Below, piece by piece: positions 33,543 through 43,017 of a stretch of DNA of 64,000 bases. The DNA is taken from NCBI GenBank assembly GCA_022793655.1, contig JAAWDG010000013.1:128230-192229 (forward strand). The letters are read 5' to 3'. Source of the DNA: Clostridiales bacterium (GTDB lineage Bacteria; Bacillota; Clostridia; Oscillospirales; CAG-272). Positions within the stretch are counted from its first letter, which is position 1; every line of letters starts with the position of its first letter. The position numbers were made by a program, and so were the translations under genes. The notes under the pieces were generated by a model. That model made no database searches. It had not been told where the DNA came from and worked only from the letters and a program-made list of their open reading frames with translations.

Positions 33543-35102
33543 ATGCAAATAACGGAAATTGCTGCTGAACGAAAGCAAAATACAAACGATATTCGCTTGG
33601 CAGCCTATTGCCGGGTATCAAGTGATTCCACCGACCAGCTCCACTCCTTTGCCACACAGATTCGGTACTACAAGGATTATGAAAAGAAGCATCCGCAGTA
33701 CAAGCTGATAGACATCTATGCAGATGAAGGGCTGACAGGCACGGATATAAAAAAGCGCGATGAGCAAAACCGATTGATCCGTGATTGCAAGAAAGGCAAA
33801 ATTGACCGCATCATCGTCAAATCTGTATCCCGCTTTGCCAGAAACACGCGGGAGCTTCTCGTCACACTGCGAATGCTGAAGGAAATCGGCGTGAGCGTGT
33901 ACTTCGAGGAACAAGGCATTGATACTGACAAAATCAATATGGAAATGATTGTAGCATTCCCCGGTATGGCGGCTCAACAAGAGTCGGAAACCATATCGGG
34001 GAATATGCGTTGGAGTTACCAGAAAAGGATAGGATCGGGCGAGTTTAATTGCACCTATCCGGCATATGGATTCAGCCTTGTAAAAGGAAAGCTGGAAATC
34101 AACGAATCGGAAGCGTATGTGGTGCGGAGAATATTTAATTTGTATCTTCAAGGAATTGGGATGCAACGGATTGCCAATCTGCTCAATGAAGAAAACATTC
34201 CCCGCAGAAAAGAAACGCAGAAATGGCACTGCTCAACTGTTAAATATGTTTTGAATAACGAGAGATACATGGGTGACGCTATTCTCCAAAAGAGTTATAC
34301 AACTGAAACCCTGCCGTTTCGCAAGCGCAGGAACAACGGCGAATTTCCAAAGGTCTATGTGGAAAACAGTAATCCGCCTATCGTTAGTAGAGAGGTATAT
34401 CAAACGGCACAGAAGCTGCAAGAAGAACGGGCTGTTCACAGGTGCAGTCGACATTCTACCTATCCGCTGTCAAAGATGCTTCGTTGTCCCGACTGCGGCA
34501 GAGCTTTCCGACGACAATTTGTAGCCGGCAAAGCTTATTGGCTATGCGCAGGCAAAGCGGCAGGATCAACTGACTGTAAAAATAGGCGCGTGAAAGAGGA
34601 TAAAGTTTATGAATCCTTTAATCAGATGGTATGGAAACTAAAGGCTTATCGAGACCAGCTTCTCACCCCCCTGATTCGTCAGATGGAATCTATGCAGAGC
34701 CAATCCAGTCATTTACAGGAACCAATCCGAGCCATTGATAAGGAAATCGCTGATCTTAGCGCACAGAACCTTGTAGTTGCAAGATTTCATACTAAAGGTA
34801 TACTGAATGCCGCAGACTTCTCCGCACAAGCAGATGCGTTAAGCAGTAAAATCCGTGAGCTTCGCGCAAAACGCCATAAATTGCTTGCTATGGATGAAAC
34901 GAACGAACTGATCAATACCTTGTGCGACCTGAACAAAAAAATACGAGAGTATGAACCTACTGGCGGCTTTGATGAGGAACTATTTGAGCAGATCGTTGTT
35001 TCCGTCGTCGTGAACGATAACGCCTCGCTCACCTTTAAGTTGCTCGGCGGTGTAGAATTAACTGAAGAAATCCCATTGAAAGGAAGGTGTAAATCCACAT
35101 GA
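33543..35102 (+). CDS. Large serine recombinase 1 (519 aa)
   Basis: Catalytic motif AAYCRVSSDSTDQ, resolvase domain, recombinase domain, zinc ribbon (CPDCG...C..GK...C), and a coiled-coil tail. Confidence 0.9.
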   Translation: MQITEIAAERKQNTNDIRLAAYCRVSSDSTDQLHSFATQIRYYKDYEKKHPQYKLIDIYADEGLTGTDIKKRDEQNRLIRDCKKGKIDRIIVKSVSRFARNTRELLVTLRMLKEIGVSVYFEEQGIDTDKINMEMIVAFPGMAAQQESETISGNMRWSYQKRIGSGEFNCTYPAYGFSLVKGKLEINESEAYVVRRIFNLYLQGIGMQRIANLLNEENIPRRKETQKWHCSTVKYVLNNERYMGDAILQKSYTTETLPFRKRRNNGEFPKVYVENSNPPIVSREVYQTAQKLQEERAVHRCSRHSTYPLSKMLRCPDCGRAFRRQFVAGKAYWLCAGKAAGSTDCKNRRVKEDKVYESFNQMVWKLKAYRDQLLTPLIRQMESMQSQSSHLQEPIRAIDKEIADLSAQNLVVARFHTKGILNAADFSAQADALSSKIRELRAKRHKLLAMDETNELINTLCDLNKKIREYEPTGGFDEELFEQIVVSVVVNDNASLTFKLLGGVELTEEIPLKGRCKST

Positions 35103-35953
35103 AGAACCGTAATATCCCATTCGGATATCAGTATCAAAACGGAGTTGTAACGCTGCATCCGATAGAAGAACAGGTACTCCGGCAGATTGCCAGAGATTAC
35201 CTGGCCGGTCAGTCGCTACTGAAAATTGCAGAGGGTTTGAATGCTAATCAGGTTGAATATCAGCCCGGTATTATTGGCTGGAACAAAGCGAGGATCATGC
35301 GTCTGCTTGAAGATAAGCGCTATCTTGGTGACGGCGGATATCCCGCCATTATCGATGCGGATACTTTTGCTTCGATTCAAATTAAGAAGTACAACCGAAA
35401 CAAATTGAAAAATATAGACAGGCAATCAGACATTTTCCAAATTACCGTCCCTGTCCTGTGTCCCGACTGTGGCACAGAGATGCACCGCAGACACGACAGT
35501 CGATGCAAATGCACCGAGCGGTGGTTTTGTCGCAATAAGGATTGCAAAACCCTGATTAAACTATCAGACCACGATCTGCTCTCACAGATCACAGCAATTC
35601 TCAATCAGCTCGTCGTTCATCCCGAACGGATAAAAGGCGATAAATTGCAGGAATTGGCTCCAACCACTGAACAGAGAAGGCTTGACAATGAAATCGGCAG
35701 GATGATAGATACCAAAGTGCACGAGAAAGAAACACTACAAAAGAAGATGTTAGAGATGGTTTCCCTCAAATACAAATTGATTCCGTCAACTGTCGGAACT
35801 GCATACAGATTAAAAGCGGACTTCGAGCAATCGGGTCCGCTTTCTGTATTCTCAGCTGAACTTTTTGGAAATACAGTAAACGCCATTTATCTAAACAGGG
35901 ATAGCACTATTGAACTTAAACTGCTGAACGGTCAGCGAATCGGAAAGGAGTAA
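35099..35953 (+). CDS. Recombinase-domain/zinc-ribbon protein lacking the catalytic resolvase domain (284 aa)
   Basis: Starts directly with the recombinase-domain pattern IPFGYQYQNGVVTLHPIEEQVLRQIARDYLAGQS...WNKARIMRLLEDKRYLGDG, followed by CPDCG...C zinc-ribbon cysteines. No YxRVS motif. ATGA overlap with the previous gene. Confidence 0.75.
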   Translation: MKNRNIPFGYQYQNGVVTLHPIEEQVLRQIARDYLAGQSLLKIAEGLNANQVEYQPGIIGWNKARIMRLLEDKRYLGDGGYPAIIDADTFASIQIKKYNRNKLKNIDRQSDIFQITVPVLCPDCGTEMHRRHDSRCKCTERWFCRNKDCKTLIKLSDHDLLSQITAILNQLVVHPERIKGDKLQELAPTTEQRRLDNEIGRMIDTKVHEKETLQKKMLEMVSLKYKLIPSTVGTAYRLKADFEQSGPLSVFSAELFGNTVNAIYLNRDSTIELKLLNGQRIGKE

Positions 35954-35957
35954 AAGT

Positions 35958-37595
35958 ATGTCAGAAACAACAGTACAACCACCGAGGGTAGTTCGGGTAA
36001 TTCCTGCAACTATTGATGTGGCAAAGGAAATAAAGGAAGCCTACCGTCAGATTCGGGTAGCCGCCTACTGCCGAGTATCTACTAATCAGGAAGAACAACT
36101 CAATAGCTACGAAGTGCAGAAAAACTACTACGCCGAGAAAATCAATAGCGAGCCGAAATGGACACTGGTGGATATCTTTGCCGATAAGGGAATCACTGGC
36201 ACCAGCGTCAAGAAGCGGGATGAATTCAACCGCATGATTCGAATGTGCAAGCGTGGTAAAATCGATATGATTATCACCAAATCCATCAGCCGTTTTGCAA
36301 GAAACACAGTAGACTGCCTTACTTATGTGCGAAAACTAAAGGATATGAATGTGGATGTCTTTTTTGAAGAACAGGGCATTCACAGCACACAGCCTGGCGC
36401 TGAATTCTATATTACTATTTACGGATGCATCGCACAAAGCGAATCAGAGAACATAAGCGCTAATGTCAAATGGGGCAAAGCACAGAGCGCTAAGGAAGGT
36501 AACGTATCATTTCACTACAAAAACTTCCTTGGCTACCGCAAGGGCGCAGACGGCAAACCGGAAATTGTTCCCGAAGAAGCGGAGATCATTCGCACTATTT
36601 ACAAACGCTTCCTTGCGGGAGACAGCTTTGGAAGTATTATAGCGTATTTGGAGGAACGCCGCATCCTGTCGCCAAGCGGAAAAGAGAAATGGCAGTATTC
36701 CACCATCCAATCAATTCTCTCAAATGAACGCTATAAAGGTGACGTTATTATAAACAAGACTTATATAGTAGACTGCATCAGCAAGAAAGTGAAGGTCAAC
36801 AATGGCGAACGGACTAAATACTATGTCAAGAATAATCATCCCGCCATTATCGATGCTGGCACATTCGGCAGAGTTCAGGAAGAATTGGCAAGACGATCCG
36901 GCAAAAGAAAAGTCAAGATGGTCGGCACGAAAACCGAACAAGGAAAATACTCCGGTAAATATGCGTTAACTGAACTGCTGGTCTGCGGAGAGTGCGGAAC
37001 ACCCTATCGCCGATGCACATGGACGGTCAAAGGACAAAAGAAAATTGTGTGGCGTTGTATCAACCGGTTGGACTTCGGCAAGAAATACTGTCATACATCC
37101 CCGACCATAGAAGAAAGCGTCCTGCATAGCGCCATCATGACCGCAATCATGGAACAAGCACAACAGAACGTCGAAGTATTAAAAATGCTTAAACTGCACA
37201 TTGGCATGGGAATCAAAGCAGATGATACAGAAGACAAGAGCCTTGATATGCAAATCCGTATAGCAGAGATTGACGCTGAATTCAAGCAAATGCTTCAAGC
37301 AATTTCTTCCGAAAATTTAGAAACCTACGATGAAACAAAAATGACAGAGCTAATGTACGAAAAGCAAAGCCTGCAACAGCAGCTTTCGCAGATCGCAGAC
37401 AGACAACAAAAGCGAGAGAATGCAAAATCCCGATTAGCCGAAATCGTCACCATCCTTGACGGATTGAAAAATCACCCGATGGATTACGATGATACCCTCG
37501 TCCGCCAAATACTCGAATGCGTGGTAGTCGAGAACAAAGAACGAATTAAAGTAGTATTCGTCGGCGGTCTTAAAGCGGAACAGGAACTTCAATAA
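35958..37595 (+). CDS. Large serine recombinase 2 (545 aa)
   Basis: AAYCRVSTNQEEQ catalytic motif, recombinase domain, CGECGTPYRRC...WRC zinc ribbon, and a coiled coil. Confidence 0.9.
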   Translation: MSETTVQPPRVVRVIPATIDVAKEIKEAYRQIRVAAYCRVSTNQEEQLNSYEVQKNYYAEKINSEPKWTLVDIFADKGITGTSVKKRDEFNRMIRMCKRGKIDMIITKSISRFARNTVDCLTYVRKLKDMNVDVFFEEQGIHSTQPGAEFYITIYGCIAQSESENISANVKWGKAQSAKEGNVSFHYKNFLGYRKGADGKPEIVPEEAEIIRTIYKRFLAGDSFGSIIAYLEERRILSPSGKEKWQYSTIQSILSNERYKGDVIINKTYIVDCISKKVKVNNGERTKYYVKNNHPAIIDAGTFGRVQEELARRSGKRKVKMVGTKTEQGKYSGKYALTELLVCGECGTPYRRCTWTVKGQKKIVWRCINRLDFGKKYCHTSPTIEESVLHSAIMTAIMEQAQQNVEVLKMLKLHIGMGIKADDTEDKSLDMQIRIAEIDAEFKQMLQAISSENLETYDETKMTELMYEKQSLQQQLSQIADRQQKRENAKSRLAEIVTILDGLKNHPMDYDDTLVRQILECVVVENKERIKVVFVGGLKAEQELQ

Positions 37596-37813
37596 TACCA
37601 AGATTCAAACCCCTCTGTAAAAACGCCTAAAAACGCCATCGCAATCTGAACCCCTGTGGTTTGGACTGGGTGGTGTTTCACTTTATAACTCCAGTATTTA
37701 AGCGGCTTTTCAAGGTCGTTTTTCTTTTTAATCATTTGGACTGATAAAGAAGAAAAATGTGAATTTTGAAATAAGATCATCTAAAACGAATGAATCCGAA
37801 CTCGTCAGTCCAT

Positions 37814-37962
37814 TTAATTATTCCGATTTTCCCTTCGTTTTAAGGCGTATTCTATCTCTTTCTATTCAGGAGTTTTGTATTGTAAAAAATAATATACTTG
37901 TCCACTGCATCACGAAAATCCTTTTCTGGTTTATTATTGTGTAGAAGAAAAGTCACTCCAAA
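37814..37962 (-). pseudogene. Possible decayed C-terminal fragment of an rve-type transposase/integrase
   Basis: Minus-strand frames read ...KPEKDFRDAVDKYIIFYNT, then after a frame change KTPE*KEIEYALKRRENRNN*. This is reminiscent of the ..YN..R....KTP.EY.. transposase C-terminus. It is broken by stops and a frameshift. Confidence 0.25.
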
Positions 37963-38031
37963 TCATTGCAGTTCTTTGAGAGTGGTTATAAAAACAACCT
38001 TAATTATGTCTTTTAAGTTGATATATATACT

Positions 38032-38529
38032 TTATCTGTTATTTACTGTTTCAGGATAAATATCATGATGCGCAAGACGCTCCCATGCAACCTGCTCCCA
38101 TTTTGTACCTGGTCTGCCGTAATTGCAGTACGGATCAATAGAAATTCCTCCCCGCGGCAGGAACTTTCCCCATACCTCTATATATGCAGGTTCCATAAGT
38201 TGAATCAGATCATTCATAATTATGTTTACGCAATCTTCATGGAAATCTCCGTGATTGCGGAAGCTGAATAAATATAGTTTTAATGACTTGCTTTCAACCA
38301 TAAGCTCTCTTGGAACATAGGATATATACAGCGTTGCAAAATCCGGCTGCCCGGTAATCGGACAAAGGCTGGTAAACTCAGGACAATTAAATTTGACAAA
38401 ATAGTCGCGTCCGGGATGCTTGTTTGGAAATGTCTCAAGAATCTCAGGCGTATAATCTGATGCATACTGTGTGTGCTGATTGCCAAGCAGTGTTATACTT
38501 CCTTTTTCATGCTCGTTTCTTTCATTCAT
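38032..38529 (-). CDS. queF: NADPH-dependent 7-cyano-7-deazaguanine (preQ0) reductase
   Basis: 165 aa type-I QueF with [23 protein letters not shown] and [20 protein letters not shown]. Confidence 0.95.
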   Translation of the reverse strand: MNERNEHEKGSITLLGNQHTQYASDYTPEILETFPNKHPGRDYFVKFNCPEFTSLCPITGQPDFATLYISYVPRELMVESKSLKLYLFSFRNHGDFHEDCVNIIMNDLIQLMEPAYIEVWGKFLPRGGISIDPYCNYGRPGTKWEQVAWERLAHHDIYPETVNNR

Positions 38530-39217
38530 ATCTTTTTCCCTCCATTGCCGGATCTTCTATTCCATTTGCTGCAAACGCCGCGGCGCGGTCACGGCATGTA
38601 CCGCAAACACCGCAGGGTATATCCCCCCCCTCATAACAACTCCACGTCAATGCATATGGCACACCAAGCGCAAGTCCTTTTTGTATAATCTGCGCTTTGT
38701 TCATTTTAACAAATGGGGCTTCAATGTGCAGTTGCTGTCCGCTTCCTAAATACACGGCGCGGTTCATGGAATCATTGAAAGCGTCACTGCAATCCGGATA
38801 AGCATTGCCTGCTGCATCGTCGCTGTGAGCGCCATAATAGATTGCCTCACAACCATGTGAAAGAGCAATGCTTGCCGCCGATGCAAGAAACAACCCATTT
38901 CGGAAAGGAACATATGTAGATACCGGGTTCCCATCTGTATGCGCCAACTGCTCCGCGTAGCTTTCCTTTGGAATTTCATCTGTTGATTTGGAAAGCAGCG
39001 CGCAGTTTGAATCTGCAAAGATCAGCGCAAGATCAAGCTGCTTAAAAGTAACTCCGTAATATTCTGCTATTCTCCTTGCCGCTTCAAGTTCCTTGTTATG
39101 GGTTTGCCCGTAAAAAACAGAAAGCGCAAGAACCTCTCCCACACCATACTTTTCAATAGCTAATCCAAGGCAGGTTGTACTGTCAACTCCACCGCTGAAA
39201 AGAACTAATGCTTTCAT
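38522..39217 (-). CDS. queC: 7-cyano-7-deazaguanine synthase
   Basis: [16 protein letters not shown] (PP-loop) and C-terminal zinc-binding cysteines [18 protein letters not shown]. Confidence 0.95.
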   Translation of the reverse strand: MKALVLFSGGVDSTTCLGLAIEKYGVGEVLALSVFYGQTHNKELEAARRIAEYYGVTFKQLDLALIFADSNCALLSKSTDEIPKESYAEQLAHTDGNPVSTYVPFRNGLFLASAASIALSHGCEAIYYGAHSDDAAGNAYPDCSDAFNDSMNRAVYLGSGQQLHIEAPFVKMNKAQIIQKGLALGVPYALTWSCYEGGDIPCGVCGTCRDRAAAFAANGIEDPAMEGKRYE

Positions 39218-39783
39218 TTGTTTTCCTCCAATAAATTTTGTAATTGTATATCCGTTTTAAATGCACCACGAAATGTTTTGGTCACCGTTTGTGCCGAAAC
39301 ATTTTTTATTCCACGCGCTGTCATACAGCTGTGGGATCCGATGATACGAACGCCTATATCCTGCGTCCCCGCAGCTTCCGATAGGATTTCTACAATATCC
39401 TGTCCCAACCGTTCCTGTAGTTGAAGCCGTTTGGCTGCCATATCACAAATTCGGGCAATCTTGCTAAGCCCAAGAACACGCCCACAAGGAATATAGGCGA
39501 TATTTACTTTTATATCGTACATCAACGCCATATGGTGTTCACAATAGCTGAACACGCTGATATCCTTCATCACAACAGCACTGCGGCTCTCACTATCTGC
39601 CACCGCAAAGGTCTTTCCAAACATTTCTGCAATTTCATGATTCGAATACTGCGTTCCCGCAAGCACTTCTTCATACATTTTGGCAACTCGTCTGGGCGTT
39701 TCGCGAAGCCCCTCTCGGTCAGGATTTTCGCCAATTGCTTTCAAAATTCCGCGCACATGATATTCAATCGCTTTTGTATCCAT
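39214..39783 (-). CDS. folE: GTP cyclohydrolase I
   Basis: GLRETPRRVAKMYEE, SYCEHHM and QLQERL motifs. Confidence 0.95.
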   Translation of the reverse strand: MDTKAIEYHVRGILKAIGENPDREGLRETPRRVAKMYEEVLAGTQYSNHEIAEMFGKTFAVADSESRSAVVMKDISVFSYCEHHMALMYDIKVNIAYIPCGRVLGLSKIARICDMAAKRLQLQERLGQDIVEILSEAAGTQDIGVRIIGSHSCMTARGIKNVSAQTVTKTFRGAFKTDIQLQNLLEENK

Positions 39784-39814
39784 ATTTATGACCGTACCTT
39801 TCTAACTTGAAAAC

Positions 39815-40486
39815 CTAAACGCCGCGCCGTGTCGGATTCCAGATATATTTATGAAGTTGCAGCTGCAATCTAACCTGATTCAGCATATGTTCTTTCATGA
39901 AGGATACAATCGTATCCGGATGAATTTCTCCGAATACCGGACTGAAATAAACGCAGCAGCGTGAAGTAAGATCAAATTTGCGAATAATCTCCGTCGCACG
40001 TTTTAAATCCTTAAGATCGCTAACAACAAATTTAACAGTATCCTTTGCAGTGAGATAAGAGAAATTTTCCGTACACATGTATTTCTCCATTTCGCTTCCC
40101 GGAAGTTTATAATCCATGGTTACGCTTGTATGTTCTGAAAACGGAGCAAATGTTTTCAATGGCACACTGCCGTTAGTCTCTATTTCCACATATAAACCAT
40201 GCATATTCAGCGCAGCAATCAAATTTCCTATATTCTTCTGTAAAAGGGGTTCACCACCTGTCAGAGTAACATTTTGAACGCCTGTAGATATAACATAATC
40301 GGTAAGCTGCCCGACTGTCATTTCTTCAGCAATGGCGTCATCGGAATTGGCCCAGCGTGTATCACAGTAGCTGCAATGCAAGTTACACGTACAAAAACGC
40401 AAAAAAACAGCAAGTTCGCCTGCACGTCTTCCTTCGCCGTTAATACTGACAAATTTCTCTGCTACAGATAAGCTGCACATACTCAC
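39815..40486 (-). CDS. queE: 7-carboxy-7-deazaguanine synthase (radical SAM)
   Basis: FLRFCTCNLHCSYCDT cluster motif, 223 aa. Confidence 0.9.
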   Translation of the reverse strand: MSMCSLSVAEKFVSINGEGRRAGELAVFLRFCTCNLHCSYCDTRWANSDDAIAEEMTVGQLTDYVISTGVQNVTLTGGEPLLQKNIGNLIAALNMHGLYVEIETNGSVPLKTFAPFSEHTSVTMDYKLPGSEMEKYMCTENFSYLTAKDTVKFVVSDLKDLKRATEIIRKFDLTSRCCVYFSPVFGEIHPDTIVSFMKEHMLNQVRLQLQLHKYIWNPTRRGV

Positions 40487-40902
40487 ACCTCGTAAACTGC
40501 GCAGTTATCCGGCGTTTCATAAACGGTTACTCTGTAAATCGGCAGTCCCTTCTCATATAGTTTTTCAAAGAAGCAACGGGCAAAATTTTCGGCCGTGGGG
40601 CGGAAATCAACTGAAATCGAGTGAAAATTTTCAGATAAAAGCGCCGCTTCCGTGTCCGGTTTCAAAGAATTTTTTTCGTAAATCAGCGTATGATCAAAGC
40701 GGTTGGCAAGTTCTCTAACAGCTTGCTTCAAATCACCGAAATCAACTAGCATACCGTTGCAACTTCCATTTTTTTGCAATTGATCACCCGAAATCTCTAC
40801 TTCAATCACCCAATGATGCCCATGCAGGTTAGCGCACTTTCCATCATACCCCTGCAAAAAATGTGCACTGTCAAATGATGCGGATGTTTTTAAATAATAC
40901 AT
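40483..40902 (-). CDS. queD: 6-carboxy-5,6,7,8-tetrahydropterin synthase
   Basis: FDSAHFLQGYDGKCANLHGHHW (PTPS-family motif). Confidence 0.9.
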   Translation of the reverse strand: MYYLKTSASFDSAHFLQGYDGKCANLHGHHWVIEVEISGDQLQKNGSCNGMLVDFGDLKQAVRELANRFDHTLIYEKNSLKPDTEAALLSENFHSISVDFRPTAENFARCFFEKLYEKGLPIYRVTVYETPDNCAVYEV

Positions 40903-40930
40903 AGTCTCCCTCTCTTTTTTCTGTCTTTAT

Positions 40931-41045
40931 AAAAAAAGCAGCCGATAAAAACCGGCTGCATCTGCAAAACAAAATTCCCGTAAATAGTTTTACTGGATGC
41001 CCTGGTTTTGTTTTTCGACAGGATGGCGCAAACGAACTGTCGTTA
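40931..41045 (-). promoter_or_regulatory. preQ1-I-like riboswitch with a terminator expression platform
   Basis: Minus strand reads CGACAG-UUC-GUUUGCGCCAUC-CUGUCG-AAAAACAAAACCAGGG (~41001-41042): P1 stem, UUC, a C just before the 3' P1 strand, and an A-rich tail with GGC able to pair the loop GCC. Then comes the terminator GCAGCCG-GUUUUUAU-CGGCUGC plus U7 (40931-40959). Located in the queD leader. Confidence 0.6.
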
Positions 41046-41058
41046 TTTAGTTTTGGTT

Positions 41059-41087
41059 ATTGTATCATGACCCGATATATATGTCAA
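41059..41087 (-). promoter_or_regulatory. que operon promoter (TTGACA, 17-nt spacer, TACAAT)
   Basis: On the minus strand: TTGACA (41087-41082), a 17-nt spacer, then TACAAT (41064-41059). Confidence 0.65.
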
Positions 41088-41195
41088 GTGAAATCCTTAT
41101 TATTCTCTGAAGCTTTTGTTGGGGATTTAGCGGTGTGTTCCACTGCTCACATTTTAAAAATTTCATGCATATTCTTATACGAGAGGAATTAGCCT

Positions 41196-42092
41196 ATGAA
41201 TCAAAACAATCGTTATAATAACGCAAATCACTGTAATTTCCCGGTTGGATTTCCGCCTCAGCATCAGGACGAACAACCGGGACTTGAATATATTATGACA
41301 CCGATACCTATGAGTGAGTGCTGCAAATCCCGTCCAAAACTGACAAATAAAATTGCACTGATAACTGGAGGTGACAGCGGAATAGGGAGAGCCATTGCAT
41401 ATGATTTTGTGAAGGAAGGCGCAAAAGTTGCAATAGTTTATTTTGATGAAGATCGTGACGCCAACGAAACTGCAAACCGAATCAGACAGCTCGGCGGAGA
41501 ATGTATTCTCTTACAGGGTGATTTAAAGAATCCTGAATTTGCCAAACACTGTGTAGAAAAAACAGTGCAATGTTTCGGTACATTAGATATCCTTATCAAT
41601 AATCATGCATTTCAGTTTGTACAGAGAAGCATAATGGATATTTCACATGAACAGCTGGAATTTATATTCAGAAATAATGTGTTCTCTTTTTTCTATTTAA
41701 TTCAGCATGCATTGCCTTATATGAAGAAAGGAAGTTCAATTATCAATACAACGTCTGTTACCGCATATGAAGGAAATAAAGATCTGATTGATTACAGCGC
41801 GACTAAAGGTGCGATTGTAGCCTTGACAAGATCTTTGTCGATCTCTCTTGCCGAAAAAGGAGTCAGAGTTAATGCTGTTGCTCCGGGACCTATCTGGACA
41901 CCGCTTATCCCTGCATCTTATTCGGCAGAGGAAGTAAAAACTTTCGGAACAAAGACTTCACAGGTTCCGATGATGCGTGCCGGACAGCCGTGTGAGGTGT
42001 CTCCCTGCTATGTTTTTCTTGCTTCTGAAGACGCAAGCTATATGACAGGTCAGGTGCTTCATCCAAACGGAGGGACAATTGTCGGATCATGA
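41196..42092 (+). CDS. SDR-family oxidoreductase (YdaD/YhdF general-stress type)
   Basis: ALITGGDSGIGRAIA, NNHA, and YSATKGAIVALTRSL (YxxxK). Confidence 0.8.
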   Translation: MNQNNRYNNANHCNFPVGFPPQHQDEQPGLEYIMTPIPMSECCKSRPKLTNKIALITGGDSGIGRAIAYDFVKEGAKVAIVYFDEDRDANETANRIRQLGGECILLQGDLKNPEFAKHCVEKTVQCFGTLDILINNHAFQFVQRSIMDISHEQLEFIFRNNVFSFFYLIQHALPYMKKGSSIINTTSVTAYEGNKDLIDYSATKGAIVALTRSLSISLAEKGVRVNAVAPGPIWTPLIPASYSAEEVKTFGTKTSQVPMMRAGQPCEVSPCYVFLASEDASYMTGQVLHPNGGTIVGS

Positions 42093-42376
42093 CGAGATAA
42101 TTAAGTATTTTTCTTATGGATATTTTGTTTTATAACCCCAGTAATTATGCAACTTTTCAAAGACTTTGTTTATTTTCTTCATTATTCGCAAATTTATATT
42201 GCAAGAAAATTCCCCAAACGAATAAATCTGAACCAATTGGTTTATTTGATCATCCTCAATCTACTTGCTTATTTTAAAGTATATTCTTTCTGTCATTGTT
42301 CAATAGTCTTGTATTACGTGAGTTCAAATCCACCACCAAAACCGCAAAAATATCTTTTTTATAGTGCTTAGACAGA

Positions 42377-42414
42377 AAAGCGACAAGCTAATGCTTGTCG
42401 CTTTTTCCTTTTTT
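42377..42414. terminator. Intrinsic terminator (usable on both strands)
   Basis: 12-bp stem AAAGCGACAAGC / GCTTGTCGCTTT, TAAT loop, and T-rich tail. Confidence 0.65.
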
Positions 42415-42435
42415 CGCATTTTGCTGTTGCCGTTT

Positions 42436-43017
42436 TCAGTTTGCATCCACATTGTCTAACCCGCATCTGGTATCCGGCGCGTCGCTATGTGTCGGAAGCC
42501 ATTCAATGATATTGGCGATTGTGTCAACTTGTTCTTGTGTTAAGTCGGCTTGGCCTTTTTCACAGCGGGCGTAACTGTCATGCAGGTTGACCCCGTAGCC
42601 TGAGCCAAATTCGGTATCTACGTTATATTCGCATTCGCATTTACAAACCTTGTCGGGATCATAGTCTAAATTAATCAGAATGTCCGTGAGTTCAACCGAC
42701 TTGCCGCCCATAAAGGTGTATGAAAAAGAGTCTGTATCGGTCACTGTTGTAAAAAAATTAGTTGTTGAGACAGTGGTTTGGGTGTTGCCGCAGTATCCGG
42801 TGATGGGGTCGGCGACTGTCTGCTTTTCTTCGGCGGGCGTGTGGGCGTGATTATCTTGATCAGCCGGTTTATTCTCAATTTTATCGGACTGGGCTTGAAC
42901 TGAAGCGGTTTCGTCAGTCGGCGCAGTGCTTCTCATTTCAGATGCATTTGCTTGCCGACAGGCAACAAGCGTGCCTAAAAGCAATAGACATAGTATAAGT
43001 AAGATGATTTTTTTCAT
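42436..43017 (-). CDS. Lipoprotein of unknown function
   Basis: Signal peptide plus lipobox LGTLVAC. Last gene of the ECF sigma operon. Confidence 0.6.
   Translation of the reverse strand: MKKIILLILCLLLLGTLVACRQANASEMRSTAPTDETASVQAQSDKIENKPADQDNHAHTPAEEKQTVADPITGYCGNTQTTVSTTNFFTTVTDTDSFSYTFMGGKSVELTDILINLDYDPDKVCKCECEYNVDTEFGSGYGVNLHDSYARCEKGQADLTQEQVDTIANIIEWLPTHSDAPDTRCGLDNVDAN

Larger units (their letters stand above)
1..37700. mobile_element. Integrative conjugative element (ICE), right-hand portion. The left end lies outside the window and the right end lies somewhere in 37596-38031.
   Basis: Co-oriented block with VirB4, VirD4, VirB6-like, PrgI, a cell-wall hydrolase, a relaxase, a surface adhesin and a terminal cluster of large serine recombinases ending at 37595. 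It is followed by AT-rich non-coding DNA and then the housekeeping que operon on the opposite strand. Confidence 0.85.

Noticed and set aside
42318-42345. tRNA-like T-arm string GAGTTCAAATCCACC in an AT-rich intergenic region, considered as a possible tRNA gene or att remnant.
   Set aside because: The flanking bases cannot form a 5-bp T-stem (GTGAG versus CCACC does not pair). No acceptor, D or anticodon arms can be drawn upstream, and the surrounding sequence is very AT-rich.
42147-42371. A 74-aa ORF in the AT-rich spacer after the SDR gene.
   Set aside because: It has no SD. Its composition is extremely AT-rich and Phe/Tyr/Leu/Ile-biased, and it lies in a region that looks like decayed intergenic DNA.
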